64,000 nucleotides of DNA from Minisyncoccota bacterium (GTDB taxonomy: Bacteria > Patescibacteriota > Minisyncoccia > UBA6257 > 2-01-FULL-56-20). Numbering within the stretch: position 1 is the stretch's first letter; every line of letters begins with the position of its first letter. Shown one piece after another: positions 58,438-64,000 of this stretch. Location: the NCBI GenBank assembly GCA_035541435.1, contig DATKNL010000002.1:3962-67961 (forward strand). The letters are read 5' to 3'. Made by a program: the position numbers and the translations under genes. Below the pieces are notes generated by a model. The model did not search any database, had not been told where the DNA came from, and worked only from the letters and a program-made list of their open reading frames with translations.

Positions 58438-58489
58438 CCTCGCTCGTCAAGAATGAATAGTTAGGAACTATTCATTCTTGCCTCGCTCG
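58438..58489. repeat. Perfect 15-bp palindrome flanked by a 9-bp direct repeat
   Basis: CCTCGCTCG-t-CAAGAATGAATAGTT-agg-AACTATTCATTCTTG-CCTCGCTCG. Confidence 0.8.
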
Positions 58490-58562
58490 GGCCCATAGCA
58501 TAATGGTAGTGCATCCGGTTTGCATCCGGAGGGCGGGAGTCCGATTCTCCCTGGGTCCACCA
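58489..58562 (+). tRNA. tRNA-Ala(TGC)
   Basis: Acceptor GGGCCCA/TGGGTCC with G3:U70, anticodon arm TCCGG-TTTGCAT-CCGGA, encoded CCA. Confidence 0.93.
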
Positions 58563-58650
58563 CTAGCAGCGACGGTCCGGTTCGCGCCCCGCCTGGACAC
58601 GTGTCGTGGTGCGCCATATGGTGTAGCCAGCCCTCCACCAAAGGAATCCC

Positions 58651-58944
58651 ATGCTGAAATACGGCGACGACCTCGCATTCTATTCCTGCGAGGAGACGGC
58701 GGCACTGCTCGGCGTCTGCCTGCGCACGCTGCAGAGGTGGGTCGCCGGCGATTCGCCGTGGCCCCCACCGCTCGCAGAACTCAAGCCCCTGACCGCCCCG
58801 AACGGCAAGACCCTGTTCAACGCGAAGGAGGTCCACCGGGCGGTCTCCACCACCCTCCGGATCGAGTTCACGTCCGAGGTCGCGGAGCGGTTCCTCGCAA
58901 GAAACGTAGAAACCAAGAAACGGCCCAAAGCAAACCCCACCTGA
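58651..58944 (+). CDS. Excisionase/MerR-like HTH DNA-binding protein
   Basis: YSCEETAALLGVCLRTLQRWV; AAAGGA upstream; terminator at 58932-58959. Confidence 0.7.
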   Translation: MLKYGDDLAFYSCEETAALLGVCLRTLQRWVAGDSPWPPPLAELKPLTAPNGKTLFNAKEVHRAVSTTLRIEFTSEVAERFLARNVETKKRPKANPT

Positions 58945-59081
58945 TACGGTGGGGTTTTTCGTATGGAGAGGGAGATCCATCTCACGAGATGGTCCACGCG
59001 TACATTTTTCGAAATCAACAATCGATGCCGGATAAAAAAATCGAGGGTCGCAAGAGCAACCCTCAAAGGAGCATCCGAACA

Positions 59082-59723
59082 TCAAGGCACGATGACGCTC
59101 CCGGCGGAAGGAGCGCCCCACACCGGGACCACGCTGTCTTCACAGAAGTCGTTGAGCACAGGCGTGTAGCCGGCGAGATACAGAAGCGGGACACGGCCCC
59201 CGACGAGGCCCCCATCGCACCGCGAGCCTACAAGATACATGCAGTGATGGCTGAGAACCATCGGGAACAGGATCACGTGGATGATGCCGCGGAAGGCATC
59301 GTATGGATTACGCTTCTCGTTGGCAATGTTTTGCCGCGAGACCATCGCATTCACATTCAGCCGTGCGCGGCCGTCTTCGACATCCACGAGCAGATGAGCC
59401 GAGTGCGGAACTTCCACGGTGGCCGTGATGTCAACTATATCGAGATGGTTGACGCCAGTCTCGCCGTTCAGCTCGACGTGAGCCATCAGTTCGTTCAGAT
59501 CGAGCACTTTTGGGCGCGGCGGCACAAAGAGGAAGAATCCCTTCTCCGGCAGCCGATTGCGGAACGGGTCGGCATCGCCGTAGGTGGCGAGCTTCCGGTC
59601 CACGAGGCCTTCGACCTGATAGTCAAAGAATTCGCTCGCGCTGGGTAGCATGGGCGGCGGGGCGATGAGCCCCTGATACTGTTCGGCGGATACGACACGT
59701 TTCTCCTTCGCTGTCTGGGGCAT
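59082..59723 (-). CDS. Hypothetical protein (resembles DUF5701 family)
   Basis: TTGACA-17-TAAAAT, AAAGGAGG; DVEDG..LNV..R.P...GI..GSR..RVP..W pattern recalled from DUF5701, unverified. Confidence 0.6.
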   Translation of the reverse strand: MPQTAKEKRVVSAEQYQGLIAPPPMLPSASEFFDYQVEGLVDRKLATYGDADPFRNRLPEKGFFLFVPPRPKVLDLNELMAHVELNGETGVNHLDIVDITATVEVPHSAHLLVDVEDGRARLNVNAMVSRQNIANEKRNPYDAFRGIIHVILFPMVLSHHCMYLVGSRCDGGLVGGRVPLLYLAGYTPVLNDFCEDSVVPVWGAPSAGSVIVP

Positions 59724-59891
59724 AGCCCCTCCTTTCGTTGTCTTGCGATGCCTTGATGATACCAAAAATCTGAAATTATTTTATCGTATTACTTACTCTA
59801 TGTCAATAGGCGCAAATTTTAAGCTGTTGCCATTCCCGCATTTCGGCGACAAATTGGTTCCAATGGACTCGCGGGTAGTCCACACGCGATA

Positions 59892-60524
59892 TCACCCAAG
59901 CGACTGGCCGGTGAGCAGCGAGAAGATGCCCGTCATGATGGGCACGAGGAGCTGGAAGCCGAAGAAGACGAAGATGAGCACGATGAAGAACCCGTAGCGC
60001 TCGAGCGCATAGGCGGCCCGCGCGGTCGCGGGCGTCTGCGGCAGCGCGGCGAAGAGCACCCGCGACCCGTCGAGGGGCGGGATGGGGACGAGGTTGAAGA
60101 CGCCGAGCAGGATGTTCACGTAGCACACGAGTGCGAGGAGCGTGATGAAGAGCGGCGACACGGTCGTATAGGTGAGCACGCGCACGATGAGGCCGAACAC
60201 GAGCGCGAGGGCGAAGTTGGTGAGCGGCCCGGCGACCGCGATGAGCGCTCCCCCGGTCCGCGGGTCCTTCAGGTTGTTCGGGTTGTACGGGACGGGCTTC
60301 GCCGCCGCGAAGAAGAACGACCCGCCCGAGGCCAGATAGAGGAAGACCGGCATGAGCACCGATCCGATCGGGTCGAGGTGCTTCAGCGGGTTCAGTGTGA
60401 GGCGGCCGGCGCGCTCCGCGGTGTCGTCGCCGAGGCGCTGCGCGACATAGCCGTGCGCGACCTCGTGGAGCACCGCCGAAAAGATGAGCACGATGAATTC
60501 GAAAATGGTAAGCGGGAGGTTCAT
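59892..60524 (-). CDS. Site-2 protease (M50 family)
   Basis: HEVAHG, GRLTLNPLKHLDP, AGPLTN, FNLVPIPPLDG. Confidence 0.93.
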   Translation of the reverse strand: MNLPLTIFEFIVLIFSAVLHEVAHGYVAQRLGDDTAERAGRLTLNPLKHLDPIGSVLMPVFLYLASGGSFFFAAAKPVPYNPNNLKDPRTGGALIAVAGPLTNFALALVFGLIVRVLTYTTVSPLFITLLALVCYVNILLGVFNLVPIPPLDGSRVLFAALPQTPATARAAYALERYGFFIVLIFVFFGFQLLVPIMTGIFSLLTGQSLG

Positions 60525-60585
60525 GCCGGTATACAGATATAGTACCAAAAACCGCGCCGGAGCGCGGTTGGTTCGGTCCGACGGG

Positions 60586-60888
60586 CTAGATCTTCACGAT
60601 CTCGACCTCGGCATAGTCCTGACGGTGCCCCTTCTTGCGGCGCCGGCGGGTCTTCGAGTGGTATTTGAACGTGATCTTCTTCTCGCCGCGCACGGCCCGC
60701 ACGAGGCGCCCTTCGGCGGCTCCCGCGAGGTGCGGCATGCCGATCTCAACCTTGCCGTTCGCGGAACGGAGGAGGACCTTGAACGAAGCCGCGCCCTCCG
60801 CGGGCCCGAGCTTCTCAACCTGGATCTTCTGGCCCGGCGTCACTTTGTATTGCTTGCCGCCGGTCGTGATGATGGCAAAATCAGGCAT
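60586..60888 (-). CDS. rplU: 50S ribosomal protein L21
   Basis: AIITTGGKQYKV, KKGHRQ. Confidence 0.95.
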   Translation of the reverse strand: MPDFAIITTGGKQYKVTPGQKIQVEKLGPAEGAASFKVLLRSANGKVEIGMPHLAGAAEGRLVRAVRGEKKITFKYHSKTRRRRKKGHRQDYAEVEIVKI

Positions 60889-61228
60889 TGACGTTCAGGA
60901 TAGCAGCACAGGCGAGAAAAAGCAAGACGGCGAAGATGAGCGTGCCGCCCGCGAGCACCTTGCCTAGGAACCCGTCACGCTGCTCGAATTCGAGCGCGAT
61001 GAAGAAGTTCATAAGGACGACGATGACGCCGAGCACCCCCGCGAACGCGACGGGGGTCGCGTCGCCGACCGACGTGATGCCGGTCATGTCGTTGAAGTGC
61101 ATGATGTACGGCCCGGTCCCCGACGCGAGGAGCGAGGCATAGGCCCAGGCCGATCCGCCGGCCACGAAGACCAGCGAAAGGAGCGCGAGGCCGCTCACCG
61201 CCCGGTACCGGATCGCCTTCTGCAGCAT
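60881..61228 (-). CDS. Small 3-TM membrane protein
   Basis: Three TMs with a MHFN..GI loop; coupled to neighbours. Confidence 0.7.
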   Translation of the reverse strand: MLQKAIRYRAVSGLALLSLVFVAGGSAWAYASLLASGTGPYIMHFNDMTGITSVGDATPVAFAGVLGVIVVLMNFFIALEFEQRDGFLGKVLAGGTLIFAVLLFLACAAILNVNA

Positions 61229-61229
61229 G

Positions 61230-62246
61230 TCAGCCGCGGCGCCCCCGCAGGATGGCGGCGGCCTTGTCGGGGTCGACCGTGTTGATGTCGATCCACGTCG
61301 AAAGCTCGAATCCCGCCGAGATCGAGATCTTGGGGATGATCTCGACGTGCCAATGATGATAGCGATAATCGCGGTGGCGGTAGTTCCCCTGGTTGAGCGG
61401 CGCGTCGTGCACGAAGAAGTTGAGGTCGGGGTCGTTCACGTTCCGGCGCAGCCGCTTCATGACCGCCTGCACGAGGAGCGCGACGCCCGTCACGACGGAC
61501 TTCGGCGTCTCGCGGAACGACGCGAAGTGCTTCTTGGGGATCACGGCGACCTCGAAGGGGTACTTCGAGGCGTACGGCGCGATCGCGATCGCGTGCGCGT
61601 TCTCGTCGACGACGCGGACCTTCGCCTTTTTCTCGAACTTCACGATGTCGCACCGGATGCAGCGGCGGTGGCGCACGAAATAATGGTGCGCGCCGCGGAG
61701 CGAGTTGATCGTGTGCGTCGGCACGAGCGGCAGCGTGAGCACCTGGTAATGCGGGTGCCACACCGACGCGCCCGAGCTCGGGCCGTAGTTCAGGAACGAC
61801 GACACGTACTGCGCGCACTTGTCCTTGCCCGCCATGATGTGGCACGCCTGGATGATCTCGAACACCTTCGCCGCGGTCTCGCGGTCGAGGTCGGCGAAGC
61901 CCTTGTTGTGGTCGCGCGTGATGATGAGCTGGTGCGAGCCCACGCCGGTCTTGCCGCGGAACATGCCTTGCTCGAAGGGCACCGAGCAGACGTTGCTCGG
62001 CATGAGCGCCGGATATTTGTTGTTGATCACCGCGATCTTCCACTTGTCCCCGAGGAGCTCGCCTTCGGGATACGTGAGGACGGGCGGCCAATTGCCGGAC
62101 TTCTGCAGGTCCTCGAAGGGACACTCGCGGAGCGGCGTCGGCGTGCGCTTGGGCCTGCGGGCGTCGAGGAACTTCGGGCGCGCGGCGCGGCCCGGAGCAA
62201 GGATCACCCAGTCCCCCGAGATGATGTCTTGGCGTAGTTCACTCAT
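61230..62246 (-). CDS. galT: Galactose-1-phosphate uridylyltransferase family protein
   Basis: SELRQD...WVI, CPF, NKYPAL, SGASVWHPHYQ, YHWH-like motif, AGFEL. Confidence 0.88.
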   Translation of the reverse strand: MSELRQDIISGDWVILAPGRAARPKFLDARRPKRTPTPLRECPFEDLQKSGNWPPVLTYPEGELLGDKWKIAVINNKYPALMPSNVCSVPFEQGMFRGKTGVGSHQLIITRDHNKGFADLDRETAAKVFEIIQACHIMAGKDKCAQYVSSFLNYGPSSGASVWHPHYQVLTLPLVPTHTINSLRGAHHYFVRHRRCIRCDIVKFEKKAKVRVVDENAHAIAIAPYASKYPFEVAVIPKKHFASFRETPKSVVTGVALLVQAVMKRLRRNVNDPDLNFFVHDAPLNQGNYRHRDYRYHHWHVEIIPKISISAGFELSTWIDINTVDPDKAAAILRGRRG

Positions 62247-63999
62247 GAGCTATCCTGTTCTCATAATACCAGCTGAGGACGTCCTTGGCGATCGGCACCG
62301 CGTTCAGGCTCCCTTCGCGCGAGTTCTCGATGAGGATGAGGATCGCGATCTGCGGATCGTCGCAGGGAGCATAGCCGACGAAGAGCGCGTTTTCCTGCTG
62401 GTTGTTCTGCACCTGGGCGCTGCCGGTCTTCGCGCATACCGGGAACGGCAAGTCATGCAGGGTATACGCCGTGCCGAGCGGCGACGTTACCCCCGCGCGC
62501 ATCCCCTGCTGCACGTCCTGGATCTGCGGAAGCAGCGACGTGAGGTCCTCGTTCACCTTGGGCGTCGAGCTTTGGTTCAGATAGGGCCGCCAGACGGTGC
62601 CGCCGTTCGCGATCGCGCCGATGTATGACAGAAGCTGCACGGGCGTGACGAGCAGGTCGCCCTGGCCGATCGCGACGTTATAGGTGTCGCCCAAGAGCCA
62701 CGGCGTGCCGGACTTCTGCCGCTTCCAGTCGGGCGTGGGCAAAAAGCCGTCCGCCTCGCCGGGCAGGTCGATGCCGGTCGCCGTACCGAGGCCGAACCTC
62801 TGCCACCAGCCGTGCAGCGCGTCGATGCCGAGCCCCTTCACGCCATAGTCGCTCGCGTCGTTCAGCATCGGCGTCGAGGCCGGCGATCCGCCGACCGTGA
62901 CATAGAAATAGACGTCGGACGACTGCGCGAGCGCCGACGCGAGGTCGACGTTCCCCTGATAGCGCCAGTCGAGGTACTTCGTCGGCGTCGACGAGTTGTA
63001 GGGGTTCGGAACCATGAGGTAGCCCGGCGAGAAGATCTCGCGCTTGGGGTCGATCACGCCGTCCTTCAGGATGGCCACGCCGTCGAGCGGCTTGATGGTC
63101 GAGCCGGGGTTATAGAAGCCCGAGACCGCGCGGTCGAAGAGCGGCCGCAGGTTCGAGGTCAGCAGGTTCTCGATCTCGGCCGTGTTCGAGGCCGGGTCGG
63201 AGAACACGTTGTCGTTGTAGCCCGGCAGGTTGACGAGCGAAAGCACCTGGCCGTTGCGCGGGTCGATCGCGAGCCCGAGGCCCACCTGGCGCCCGAGCGA
63301 TGCGAGTCCCGACGCGAGGCGGCTGTGCAGCTCGGCCTGCAGGCCGCCGTCGACGGTGAGATGCACGCTCCCGCCGATCGCGGGGTTCGACCGCTCCTCG
63401 GTGCGCAGCACCTTGCCCTGCGCGTTTTTGAACTGCACGTCCACGCCGGGGACGCCCTCGAGCGTGCTGTCATATTCCTTCTCGATGCCGGCCTTGCCGA
63501 CGAAGTCCTGCGCGGTGAGCTTCGGGTTGCCCTTGAGGTCGGCCTGGGTCACGCGGCCGATATAGCCCACGACCGACGAGAAGACGGCGCCCTGCGGATA
63601 GGTCCGTTCGAAGTCGCTCGAGAGCCTGATCGCCGGCTCGCCCACGCCGAGCGCCTGCACGTTCACGAGCTGCGCCTGGGTCAGGTTGTCGGCGAGGACG
63701 ACGGGCGTCGCGAAGTCCTGCGCCTGGCTTTCCGCAAGCATGGACCAGAGCGTGTCCGAAGCCGTGCCGAAGATCCTGCGGACCTCGGCCACGGTCGACG
63801 ACTGCGCGTCGGGCGTCTCCTTGATGAACTGCCGCGCGTCGAGATAGGCGGCGAACACCGCCTTGTTCGCGACGAGCTCGTCCCCTTCGCGGTCATAGAT
63901 CATGCCGCGGGGCGCCGGCGTCTCCTGTCCCTGCGCGACGTTCGCCGCGGCGCGCGCGGCATAATAGCCGTAGCCCGAGGCGTTCAGATAGACGACCCG
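62239..63999 (-). CDS. mrdA: Penicillin-binding protein 2 (5' end beyond window)
   Basis: PRGMIYDR, PGSTIK (SxxK), QSSDVYFY, AIGQG, KTGSAQ. Confidence 0.9.
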   Translation of the reverse strand, partial: RVVYLNASGYGYYAARAAANVAQGQETPAPRGMIYDREGDELVANKAVFAAYLDARQFIKETPDAQSSTVAEVRRIFGTASDTLWSMLAESQAQDFATPVVLADNLTQAQLVNVQALGVGEPAIRLSSDFERTYPQGAVFSSVVGYIGRVTQADLKGNPKLTAQDFVGKAGIEKEYDSTLEGVPGVDVQFKNAQGKVLRTEERSNPAIGGSVHLTVDGGLQAELHSRLASGLASLGRQVGLGLAIDPRNGQVLSLVNLPGYNDNVFSDPASNTAEIENLLTSNLRPLFDRAVSGFYNPGSTIKPLDGVAILKDGVIDPKREIFSPGYLMVPNPYNSSTPTKYLDWRYQGNVDLASALAQSSDVYFYVTVGGSPASTPMLNDASDYGVKGLGIDALHGWWQRFGLGTATGIDLPGEADGFLPTPDWKRQKSGTPWLLGDTYNVAIGQGDLLVTPVQLLSYIGAIANGGTVWRPYLNQSSTPKVNEDLTSLLPQIQDVQQGMRAGVTSPLGTAYTLHDLPFPVCAKTGSAQVQNNQQENALFVGYAPCDDPQIAILILIENSREGSLNAVPIAKDVLSWYYENRIAHE

Positions 64000-64000
64000 T

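Noticed and set aside
58563-59806. Prophage or genomic island at tRNA-Ala
   Set aside because: No integrase, no phage genes and no duplicated tRNA 3' end seen in the window.

Overview
GC-rich bacterial chromosome segment that looks like Patescibacteria (CPR, Parcubacteria-like): no rpmD (L30) between rpsE and rplO, a GAD-less AspRS, a giant S/T-rich surface protein, a lone TraD/VirB4-like ATPase and mostly SD-less core genes. It carries a fragmented str/S10/spc ribosomal cluster, housekeeping genes (prfA, ndk, aspS, pgk, greA, map, adk, xseAB, galT, PBP2), rnpB, tRNA-Ala, a Mg2+ locus and about ten self-contained orphan genes. The strongest novelty is an AT-rich GxxExxY (PD-(D/E)XK-like) gene between rpsG and fusA. 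It is bracketed by 34-bp inverted arms built of tandem TACGAA units, which would fold the whole gene out of the mRNA as a loop. A solo copy of the arm sits between rplN and rplX. Other candidates are an RF1 lacking domain 1, a ~190-nt promoter-driven structured RNA, and a split between leaderless core genes and SD-led orphan genes. All product calls come from motif recognition by eye; no database searches were run.
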